In this document: one piece after another, positions 50,156 through 58,538 of the stretch
How the letters are laid out: the number at the start of each line of letters is the position of its first letter
How positions within the stretch are numbered: position 1 is the stretch's first letter
Assembly: GCA_964438895.1 (NCBI GenBank)
Contig: CAYTMJ010000003.1
Location: forward strand, 126-64,125
Origin: an uncultured Syntrophobacterales bacterium
GTDB taxonomy: Bacteria > Desulfobacterota > Binatia > UBA9968 > JAJDTQ01
DNA: 64,000 nt
Reading direction: 5' to 3'
Translations under genes and position numbers: made by a program
The notes under the pieces: model-generated
What the model saw: the letters and a program-made list of their open reading frames with translations, nothing else
The model's database searches: none
Told to the model about the DNA's origin: nothing

Positions 50156-51855
50156 AACAGATCCTCCCGAAAATACCGATAGGCACAGCGTACTGAGTTC
50201 GGCGCGGCTTGCCCAAGACCACAGATCGACGCGTCCCTCATCGTTTCACCTAAAGCCTCCAGCAACGGCTCGTCCCAGACAGACCGTTCCAACAACGTCA
50301 CAGCCTTTTCCGTCCCAACTCGACACGGCGTACACTGACCGCAGCTCTCGTGCTTAAAGAAGCGCATGAGATTGCGAACCACGTCTCTGATATCGTCCTG
50401 GTCGCTCAGAACCACGACACCGTGGGAGCCAACGAAACAGCCATACTTCTCCAGGGACCCAAACTGAAGCGGAAGGTCCGCCATGGAGGCCGGCAGTATC
50501 CCCCCCGAGGCGCCACCCGGGAGGTACCCCTTCAACCGTTGGCCCGGTAAGATTCCACCACAATGATCATTGATCAACTCACGCGCGGTGATACCGGCGG
50601 GTGCGATCTTCACCCCCGGTTGCACTACTCGGCCCGATACCGAAAAGGCATGGAGGCCGGTACCGCCGTTACAGCCCTGGGATGTAAACCATTCCGGTCC
50701 CTTTTCAACGATGTCCCGGATCCAGTAGAGAGTTTCAACGTTCTGAACAAGGGTGGGCCGACCGAACAAGCCAGTCTCCGCCACATATGGCGGGCGGTTC
50801 CGCGGCAGCCCACGCTTACCCTCAATGCTTTCGATCATCGCAGACTCTTCGCCGCAGATATACGCTCCGGCACCACGGCGTAGATGGACCTCCACATGCG
50901 CGTCGAGTCCAGCATCCATAAGCTTGGGCAGCTCCCGTGACAAGATTGCCTGGACCTCAGCGTACTCATCCCTTAAGTAGACATAAACGGCCTCTGCTTC
51001 GGTGACCCACGCCGCGATCAGCATCCCCTCCAGGAACCGGTGCGGATCACTCTCCATGAAATACCGATCCTTGAAGGTCCCGGGCTCGCCCTCATCGGCG
51101 TTAACCACCATCAACCGCGGCCCGGGATAGCCACATACAATCTCCCACTTGCGACCAGTAGGGAAGCCCGCACCGCCAAGACCTCGAAGTCCCGACGCCA
51201 TCACCTTCCCCACCACCACCTCCCGACCTAATTCACCGGTAAGACATTTTCGCAAAAGCGCATAACCGCCATCCGTGCGATATTCGCCATAGTCCCTATA
51301 CTTTGCCAACTTTGCCTCGATGTCCCGCCCCCGCACTGAGGCCACCACCGCATCCATGGTTGCGTTCAGCACAGTACGGCGTTCCACGCGCCCCACCGGT
51401 GCGCAATCGCAGTGACCCATACACGGTCCCGGCACCACTCGAAAGCCATCCCCTAAAGCGTCGGGGAGCTTCTCCAGCAGCCCTCGGGCACCCATCATCT
51501 CGCACACTAGTCCGTCACAGATACGCACAGTGATATCCGTGGGCAGTAGCTCCTCTTCTTTAGTCACATCGAAGTGGGCGTAGAACGTTGCTACCTCGTA
51601 CACCTCCGCCAAGGCCAGCCGCATCTCATCGGCTAGTGCAACCAGATGGGATGCTGACAGTACATGATACCGATCCTGAATACGGTGAAGGTGCTCGATC
51701 AACAGATCTCGACGCCGCGGCTGGTCCCCCAGCAGAGCCCGAACCTCATCCAGTGCCACAGGGTCCACCTGCCGACCCCTGGGGCGACTACGGCCTCGAC
51801 CTCGGCCCGAACCGGGATGCTTGCGCCGTCGGGGCGGCTCTTGCGTGTCGGCCAC
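50152..51855 (-). CDS. Formate dehydrogenase beta subunit (NuoE/NuoF-like fusion, FMN/NADH-binding, Fdh1B-like)
   Basis: EVATFY, CDGLVC...CMGHC, GLRGLGGAGFPTG, NADEGEPGTFKD, GAYICGEE and ESCGQCTPCRVG motifs. Confidence 0.92.
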   Translation of the reverse strand: MADTQEPPRRRKHPGSGRGRGRSRPRGRQVDPVALDEVRALLGDQPRRRDLLIEHLHRIQDRYHVLSASHLVALADEMRLALAEVYEVATFYAHFDVTKEEELLPTDITVRICDGLVCEMMGARGLLEKLPDALGDGFRVVPGPCMGHCDCAPVGRVERRTVLNATMDAVVASVRGRDIEAKLAKYRDYGEYRTDGGYALLRKCLTGELGREVVVGKVMASGLRGLGGAGFPTGRKWEIVCGYPGPRLMVVNADEGEPGTFKDRYFMESDPHRFLEGMLIAAWVTEAEAVYVYLRDEYAEVQAILSRELPKLMDAGLDAHVEVHLRRGAGAYICGEESAMIESIEGKRGLPRNRPPYVAETGLFGRPTLVQNVETLYWIRDIVEKGPEWFTSQGCNGGTGLHAFSVSGRVVQPGVKIAPAGITARELINDHCGGILPGQRLKGYLPGGASGGILPASMADLPLQFGSLEKYGCFVGSHGVVVLSDQDDIRDVVRNLMRFFKHESCGQCTPCRVGTEKAVTLLERSVWDEPLLEALGETMRDASICGLGQAAPNSVRCAYRYFREDLL

Positions 51856-51893
51856 AGTATCAGTCCTTCCTGCTCAATGCCCGTGGAGGCTGC

Positions 51894-52076
51894 TCACTCG
51901 CTCTCCCCTTCGAGGCGCTCTATGAACGCCGAAATTTCCTTGAGCCGGTAGCGAGCGTCCGCAGCCAACCGGGCCACCTCCTCGGTCGAGACCCGATCAC
52001 GCACGGCATCATCCAACGCCGTCACTGCGATACCAAACATCTTGAGCAAACGGCGGGTTTCATCGGTCGGCATCAT
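51894..52076 (-). CDS. Small (~60 aa) helical hypothetical protein
   Basis: GAAGGAG RBS. Overlaps the 3' end of the AOR gene and fills the gap in the operon. Confidence 0.65.
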   Translation of the reverse strand: MMPTDETRRLLKMFGIAVTALDDAVRDRVSTEEVARLAADARYRLKEISAFIERLEGESE

Positions 52077-53889
52077 GCTCTCCTTCACCCAGCATCTCGT
52101 TCAGTCCCAGCTCCGTGAGCTTTGCCTCCGGAACACGACCGTCTTCATTCCACTGCCGAGCGTCATAGTAGTCCCGTATCATCCCCTGAAGCTCCTCACG
52201 AGTAAGGCGCGTCCCCCGAGCTACACCCGTGGCTAAGGATTCCGTGAGTACCCGGGGCGGGAGCCCATCATCTTCCGGACGCCAACCCTCGCGCTGGTTA
52301 TACCAGCGCTTGAGCGTATGTATCCGTTCCGCTGTGCGTCGCAGTTCATCCCCAGTGTAGTCCCATCCTGTAACCTTCACCAGAAGGTCTGCTGCCTCGA
52401 GGTAAAAATCGTTGAAGCAACGCCGCAGGAACTTGCACACGATGAGGGAATCTTGCGCAGCAGCATGGTCTTCTGAGGCCGCCACCAAGGCACCCCGGCC
52501 CGGCTCTGAGCTCAAACGATCCACCGCACCGGAAAAATCCGCCTCATAGGCGCCGGAACGGTTGTGACAGGCGCCCCGAGGACTCACCGCCAAACCCAGG
52601 GCCATGGTCTTAAGGCTTCGGGGTTCGTATCCGGGCAGTTCCAATCCCTTCACCTGCATAGCCCAGTCCAAGGAGCCACGACCTAATGTCAAGGCGGCCC
52701 GCCGGGATCCCTCTGCCAACAAATCACCGAATCCCCGGCGGTGCGCAATGGCGGGTATAGCAGCCAGCACAGCCTCCGCGGAACCGAAGCGCAGGTCACC
52801 GGCCTCAGGCAGGAATCCCCTTTCGACGCACTCCATGGCCCAGGCCAAAGTGCCGCCAGTGCTGATACTATCAAGACCATATAAATCACAGAGTCGGGCC
52901 GCTTCCAGCACCGCCTCCGGATCTTCGATGCCACACAGCGGTCCCAAAGCGAACAGCGTCTCATACTCCATGCGCTGCTCGTTTCCGGACTGCGATTTGA
53001 ACAGCCGTTCACAACGGATGGTGCAGAACGCACAACCGTGCCGGCGACTGAAACTGTTCTCCGTCAGGCTCTCACCGCTGAGAGTATCAGCGGCGGCGAA
53101 CGTTGGTTGTTGAAAGTTGTGAGTGGGGAGCGCGCCGAGCCGGTCGAACACCGCTAGATTTGCAACCGTGCCGATCTCCCGGTACTTTGCGGTGTGCTCG
53201 CCCAAGCTCCGTTGTCGTAGAATAGTCGCCGTGGCCGCCACTCCCTCGGGGTCGGCCACCGAAACTACGGCGTTTCCAGACAGGACAACCGCCTTAAGGT
53301 TCTTGGAACCCATGACCGCGCCAACTCCACCACGTCCCGCATGCCGACCTTCATTGCTGATAGTTGCAAAACGCACCTGGTTCTCGCCGGCCACACCCAC
53401 GGCAGCTACCCGCACCCCTTGGTGGACCTCTTCGCGAATGGCGTTCTCGGTATCCGTGGCACTCCGACCCCAAAGATGGCGGGCATCCCGTAATTCCACA
53501 CCACGGTCGTCGATGATCAGGTAGGACGGGTTCGGCGCCCTACCCGTCAACACCACCGCATCAACTCCCACCGCCTTTAGCTCCAACGCAAAGAAGCTGG
53601 ACGACAGCGAGTCGGCAATGAAACCGGTAAGTGGGGACTTTGTTACCACCGCGTATTTGGCGGTGGTGGTGAGTCCGGTTCCAGCCAAGGGCGCGCTAGC
53701 AAAAATCAAGGGGTTCTCCGGCGCGCAAGCGCCTACTCCCGGAGGCGCGAAGTCATATAGCAGGCTCGTGCCAAGGCCTACCCCACCGAGAAAAGCCCGA
53801 AGGCGCTGCTCGCCAATTTCCCCCCAGCGGTGAACCCCGGTGTCGAGATTTACATGTAGTACCCTGTCGTGAAAACCGTGCAAGGTCAT
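52060..53889 (-). CDS. aor: Aldehyde:ferredoxin oxidoreductase family (tungstopterin) protein
   Basis: KSPLTG, GRGGVGAVMGSKNLKA, CAFCTIRC plus GACH (4Fe-4S), EYET, DLYGLDSIS and VKGLELPGYEPR motifs. Confidence 0.92.
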   Translation of the reverse strand: MTLHGFHDRVLHVNLDTGVHRWGEIGEQRLRAFLGGVGLGTSLLYDFAPPGVGACAPENPLIFASAPLAGTGLTTTAKYAVVTKSPLTGFIADSLSSSFFALELKAVGVDAVVLTGRAPNPSYLIIDDRGVELRDARHLWGRSATDTENAIREEVHQGVRVAAVGVAGENQVRFATISNEGRHAGRGGVGAVMGSKNLKAVVLSGNAVVSVADPEGVAATATILRQRSLGEHTAKYREIGTVANLAVFDRLGALPTHNFQQPTFAAADTLSGESLTENSFSRRHGCAFCTIRCERLFKSQSGNEQRMEYETLFALGPLCGIEDPEAVLEAARLCDLYGLDSISTGGTLAWAMECVERGFLPEAGDLRFGSAEAVLAAIPAIAHRRGFGDLLAEGSRRAALTLGRGSLDWAMQVKGLELPGYEPRSLKTMALGLAVSPRGACHNRSGAYEADFSGAVDRLSSEPGRGALVAASEDHAAAQDSLIVCKFLRRCFNDFYLEAADLLVKVTGWDYTGDELRRTAERIHTLKRWYNQREGWRPEDDGLPPRVLTESLATGVARGTRLTREELQGMIRDYYDARQWNEDGRVPEAKLTELGLNEMLGEGEHDADR

Positions 53890-54788
53890 CCTCCAGCATC
53901 GCTGGACATAATGAGGAGCGTATCTCCAGGCTCCACCGGACAGATGGCATCTCGAACAAAGTCACGGCCGTTTAGATTGCACACATTCCCCGCGGTGAGG
54001 GCGTCCCCGGCCATCGTGATGACTGGGCCCACTAACGCCGAGTGTTTGCGCGCTAAAATGGATAAGACGTCGGCCAACGTCGATGGCCCGGCCAACTCCA
54101 CCGAGACGCGGCTCGTGCGGGCGCGCAACCGAGCCACACCGAAAAGCTCCACCTCACAACGACCGGGGGTAACGCCCATAACCGACCCCGGCCAACGCGC
54201 TAAGGCATCCGTGTAATCTTCCGGCGTGTTCATGTTGAAGAAGCTTGCGCCTTCGGGATCCAGGAATCGAATCTCATCTTCCGCCACCCTGAGCGTCCGG
54301 ACCTTGTCGTAGAGAAAGACCGGGCGCAACTCACCACGTTGAAGCTGCTCCTCAAGCAACGGCAACACCGAACGCCGGTACACTGCGTGCAAAGGCTGGA
54401 GGCGCCCATCCCACTCCGGCACCACGACGTCATAGCCCGGTAGTCGAGACGTCAGATTGGAGACCAGCGGAAGACTAAGGAAAGGCACGTCGCAGGAGGT
54501 TACGAACCCAGCCACACTATCGCATGCCCTGAGTCCATAGCAGATCCCCCCCACCGGACCCTGGTACGCGACGTCATCACGAACCAACGTAACCGGCAAC
54601 TCCGGCAACTCCTGCCCTGGTGCAGCTACCACCACAATATCCGAAAACACGGACGTGAGTCTCTGAATTACCTGAACGATTAGGGGCTGCCCGCCAAACG
54701 GCAGCATCGCCTTCGACTGCCCCATGCGGCTACTCCGACCGCCGGCTAGAACAACAGCCGAACCGACTTTGTCTTTGTCACCCCGCAT
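53886..54788 (-). CDS. mobA: Molybdenum cofactor guanylyltransferase MobA fused to a C-terminal MoaD/ThiS sulfur-carrier domain
   Basis: LAGGRSSRMG, GPVGG, CDVPF, PLHAVY and FFNMNTPED, followed by VELFGVARL...NLNG...GDTLLIMSSDAGG. Confidence 0.88.
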   Translation of the reverse strand: MRGDKDKVGSAVVLAGGRSSRMGQSKAMLPFGGQPLIVQVIQRLTSVFSDIVVVAAPGQELPELPVTLVRDDVAYQGPVGGICYGLRACDSVAGFVTSCDVPFLSLPLVSNLTSRLPGYDVVVPEWDGRLQPLHAVYRRSVLPLLEEQLQRGELRPVFLYDKVRTLRVAEDEIRFLDPEGASFFNMNTPEDYTDALARWPGSVMGVTPGRCEVELFGVARLRARTSRVSVELAGPSTLADVLSILARKHSALVGPVITMAGDALTAGNVCNLNGRDFVRDAICPVEPGDTLLIMSSDAGG

Positions 54789-54902
54789 TCCCATCGCCTC
54801 GAAGTCCCAAGGAGCACTCGTCCCCACCGAAAGCAACTGAATGATTCCATGATGGCTGAAGGAGCACAAGCGGAAATCAGGGATCGGGATGACCCAGCTT
54901 CG

Positions 54903-55355
54903 TCAGGAGATGAGCCGCTGGCGCATTTCCTTTAGCGCCTGCTGGAATAGCTCGGGGTCCTTGGACAGGGCGGTTTTGTAGAGGACATAACGTTCGTGGC
55001 TCGCCCAGCGACTCCATTCGGCGGGGACCACAGGCACACTCGCCGCTTCGCTTCGCTGAACCACCGCCTTAGGCACGGTGGTAGCCCACTCGCCTGCATC
55101 CAGCGGCAGACAGCGCTCGGCTCCAACGCCCGCCCGGGACTCCGCCAACGCCGAAAGGAAGGTGGCGAACACTTCCTTCTCCTCATCTGTCTCCACCGGA
55201 AGTTCGCACAGTACCCGACGTTCTACTAAACTCAACACACACCACGTATTCAACGATACACGGATACCCACCAGGTCGAGTTTCATTCTCACATGGAACG
55301 GCACCCGCCTCAGGTCGGGATAAAAAGCCGCCTCGAATTCGAACCGAAAGAACAT
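54903..55355 (-). CDS. Nitrate reductase-associated protein (NarM-like)
   Basis: FEAAFYPDLRRVPFHVRMKLDLVGIRVSL..W and W..W...ERYVLYK motifs of the Nitr_red_assoc family. Confidence 0.75.
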   Translation of the reverse strand: MFFRFEFEAAFYPDLRRVPFHVRMKLDLVGIRVSLNTWCVLSLVERRVLCELPVETDEEKEVFATFLSALAESRAGVGAERCLPLDAGEWATTVPKAVVQRSEAASVPVVPAEWSRWASHERYVLYKTALSKDPELFQQALKEMRQRLIS

Positions 55356-55402
55356 CCGCAATCACCCCACGGTCAGCTGTAGTCAACCGAGCCCCAGCCC
55401 AG

Positions 55403-56629
55403 CTATTTGGCCGCCCGCTCCCTGCTGGCCCTGAGATAACGAATGCCCCACACCATCACTATGGAAATCATGAAATTACCAAAGGCGATCATGAACGGAA
55501 CCGTATAGTTGCCGTAGACGTCGTATAATACGCCGCCGAGCAGTGCCCCTACCGCACCTCCAATCCCAATGCTAAGAGTGAAATAGCCATAGATCGCACC
55601 GAAATCACGCCCGAGAAAGACGTCGGCGGAGATCGCCGACAGGACCAGTGCCCTAGAACCCTGCCCAAGCCCATAACAAGCGGCATAGATATAGAGTAGC
55701 ATCGGGTAGGCGCTACTATCGGCTGACACTAGCGCCAAGATCCCCACCGAAGAGACCACCTGGACCAACAAATAAACCATATGGTGGCTCAATACATCGG
55801 TAAGGAAGCCAAAGAGAGCCCTACCCACGATGCTACACACCCCCATAAGGCCTAGAATGGAGGCAGCGAAACCCGCCGTATAACCTATGTCCACCACATG
55901 CGCGACCTGGTGATTAGTGATAATCTGATTTCCCATACTGGCAACGACACGCGAGACAAAGAGCAGCCAGAACGTGGTACTCAGCAACGCCTCCCCAACA
56001 GTCCACTCCCCAGCCGTGACTTGCTCAGGAACATTCCGTGGCGCGGGCTTGTCGCGGGGTATGAGGAAACCCGAGGGCAGCACCACGAAGATGAAGGCCA
56101 GAACGCCCATCCCCAGGAAGGCATGCCTCCAACCCCCACTGTCCACCAGGTACTGTGTTACGATCGGCAACACCCCGAGACCTAGACCACCACCAGACCA
56201 GGCCAGGCCCATGGCCAAACCCCGGCGCCGGGTGAATTGTCGCGCGATGATGGCTACGTGCGGGACCATGCCCATGAGACCAAGCCCCAGCGCCGTGACC
56301 ACCCCGAACCACAGATAAAGTTGCCACGGTGACCAAACCGTGCCGCTGAGCGCCAGTCCCGCCGCGAGCAGCAAACTTCCCAATAGCAAGGTCTTCCGAG
56401 AACCCCAGCGGTCCACCAACGAACCCGCGAGGGGCATAGCGAAACCTTCTACCAAGACCGAGACAAACAACACGATAGCGGTAAACCCCCGGGACCATCC
56501 GAAGGCCTGGAATAGAGCGACATTGAAAACCGCATAGGTACCCCGAACGCCGCGGTTGAAGCCCATGTGGAGAAAGCCTAGGGCGACCTGGCCAACACGC
56601 TGAGTCGTGGTGGGCGTTGAATCTTGAAT
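55403..56629 (-). CDS. MFS transporter (oxalate:formate antiporter/MCT-like)
   Basis: About 12 TM segments, FGWSR, GSLVDRWGSRK and RRGLAMG. Start is uncertain; ATT 56629 follows AGGAGG. Confidence 0.88.
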   Translation of the reverse strand: MQDSTPTTTQRVGQVALGFLHMGFNRGVRGTYAVFNVALFQAFGWSRGFTAIVLFVSVLVEGFAMPLAGSLVDRWGSRKTLLLGSLLLAAGLALSGTVWSPWQLYLWFGVVTALGLGLMGMVPHVAIIARQFTRRRGLAMGLAWSGGGLGLGVLPIVTQYLVDSGGWRHAFLGMGVLAFIFVVLPSGFLIPRDKPAPRNVPEQVTAGEWTVGEALLSTTFWLLFVSRVVASMGNQIITNHQVAHVVDIGYTAGFAASILGLMGVCSIVGRALFGFLTDVLSHHMVYLLVQVVSSVGILALVSADSSAYPMLLYIYAACYGLGQGSRALVLSAISADVFLGRDFGAIYGYFTLSIGIGGAVGALLGGVLYDVYGNYTVPFMIAFGNFMISIVMVWGIRYLRASRERAAK

Positions 56630-57004
56630 GTGGATGTACCTCCTGATCGGAAATCGGGGCGCCCCGGCTCTGTCAGACAAATGGTGGCCGTTCCCCGCTA
56701 CACACAAACGAGTGCTAGGATGCACTCCGCAAAACCTCAGGGCAGCTTGATGTTTCCAGGGAAGCCGCGCTGGAGTCAAAATCTCATCTATAACTTATAA
56801 CACTATCCATAAATATTGATTATCACGATGAATTACCCAATTATATAGCACCCTCACCAGTCCGCATAGACCACCTATGCTCAAAGCAACTATCACATCA
56901 AAACAAAGCTGGGCTTGTCCTTGGACCGGCCTTTTCCTGGTATGAAAACCGGCGGAGTTCAGCAATGGAAATGGCCGTCGTCGATTTAACTCTTCCAGCA
57001 AAAG

Positions 57005-57862
57005 CTATAGGAACTCGTCGTTCCAAGCCTCGTACTCATCCCAGCTTAAGACGACGTTCATCAACTCCGGGGATGCAGCCTGCTCCCTCAAGTCAGCCGG
57101 CGGACGCCCTGCGCGCAGGTGCATATACGACACTTGGAGGGCATGCACCGCCACTTGGAACGGCATGTGGCCCTGGAGGGCTATGCGGACACCGTTGACA
57201 GCAAGAAACTTCCGGTCATGAAGTTCCGGCGGAGTTGTGCCCAGCACTACAGGTAGTTGGGTCATGGCATGGATAGCAGACACTTCCTCCCGAGACCGGA
57301 CTCCAGTAAAGAAGACACCGTCAGCACCCGCATCCTCGCACGCCTTAGTACGCTCCACCAAAGCATCCTCACCCTGGGTCGGCAGTACACCAATCCTTCC
57401 CAAAACAACCATCTCTCGGTCCGACCGAGCTGCTACTGCAGCGCGCATCTTTCCGGCAAACTCCTCAAGAGAAATGAACCCGTCTCGCGACGTGCCGAAA
57501 TCCCTGGGGAGCCTTGTATCCTCGATAGTCAGAGCCGCTACGCCCGCGGCCTCAAGCTCGGCAACTGTTCTCATGACACTCAAGGCATTTCCATAGCCGT
57601 GGTCCGCGTCGACCATCAGGGGCAGCCGCATAGCCCGTACGATGCGACGTGCCTGTTCTGCCAACTCAGAAAGTGTTAGGAGGACGATGTCCGGAGCACC
57701 CAGCACCGTAGCCGAAGCGATGGATCCCGCCAACATACCAATCTCAAACCCCGCCGCCTCGGCTAGTCGGCCCGATATCGGATCGAATACAGAGGCCGGA
57801 TAGTAACAGCCGGAGCCGTGGAGCAGGGTACGATATTGCCGGCGCAGTTCGGTGACAGTCAC
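57005..57862 (-). CDS. Isocitrate lyase/PEP mutase family enzyme, oxaloacetate decarboxylase-like
   Basis: ASVFDPISGR, VDADHGYGNAL and IEDTRLPRDFG. Lacks the KKCGH motif of ICL/PrpB. Confidence 0.85.
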   Translation of the reverse strand: MTVTELRRQYRTLLHGSGCYYPASVFDPISGRLAEAAGFEIGMLAGSIASATVLGAPDIVLLTLSELAEQARRIVRAMRLPLMVDADHGYGNALSVMRTVAELEAAGVAALTIEDTRLPRDFGTSRDGFISLEEFAGKMRAAVAARSDREMVVLGRIGVLPTQGEDALVERTKACEDAGADGVFFTGVRSREEVSAIHAMTQLPVVLGTTPPELHDRKFLAVNGVRIALQGHMPFQVAVHALQVSYMHLRAGRPPADLREQAASPELMNVVLSWDEYEAWNDEFL

Positions 57863-58538
57863 AATGTTCCCCTATCCCGTTTCAAAGACTCTATTTGAAT
57901 CGCAAATTCTCGGAGTGGCCGCCGGGCACAACGCCCCCCGGACTCGATTCCCCTACAGAACATTGAGAAGATCCGTGATTCCCTAGGCCGCATAGATCCA
58001 CACCCTGCAGTAGATGGCGGTGAACCCCTTTGCGGGTACCTGTCCACCCCGCAAACAGCCCTCGCAGACTGGAGCTGGGCCACACAGCCAGCTTTCCCTT
58101 GGATACACGACGGGTGATTATGTGTCTACCCGTCTCTTCCATTTGCTGGCTCAGCCGATGCCTGAGGTCGGCGCTGACTCAGACCGTCCGAGCGAAAACT
58201 GGAGCGAGCCCGCTTAGGGCGCTAACGACGGCACGTGACGGGTCCTGAAACATTCGACCGGGAATTCTTTGCCGAGGGTGAGGGGAATCAGAATTCCACA
58301 GCCTACTCCGTCAATCAATTCAACTTTGAATCAGTTGGATCGTATAGCGTGGTGAAAGTGTCCCCTAGTAAGTACTCCCAGCGATCAGGGCAGTCCTGCC
58401 GCCGTAATGCACAAGATCCCACGTCCTACGTCTCATCGCTTCATGGCTCCGTTATTGCAGCGCACGCTGCAATGGTAGGATATGCCAGGATGTGACATGT
58501 TCCCGTGAAGGCGCACAATTCAAAGTGCTTAATCCACC

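Noticed and set aside
57005-57862. PrpB partner for the methylcitrate-synthase-like gene
   Set aside because: It lacks the KRCGH motif, matches the oxaloacetate decarboxylase subgroup, and lies 30 kb away.
57880-58200. Cobalamin or other known riboswitch
   Set aside because: It contains GGGAA and GCCACT fragments, but I could not build a B12-box or the conserved core order.
58235-58495. 86-aa intergenic ORF
   Set aside because: No RBS, no recognisable motif and atypical composition. It cannot be excluded.
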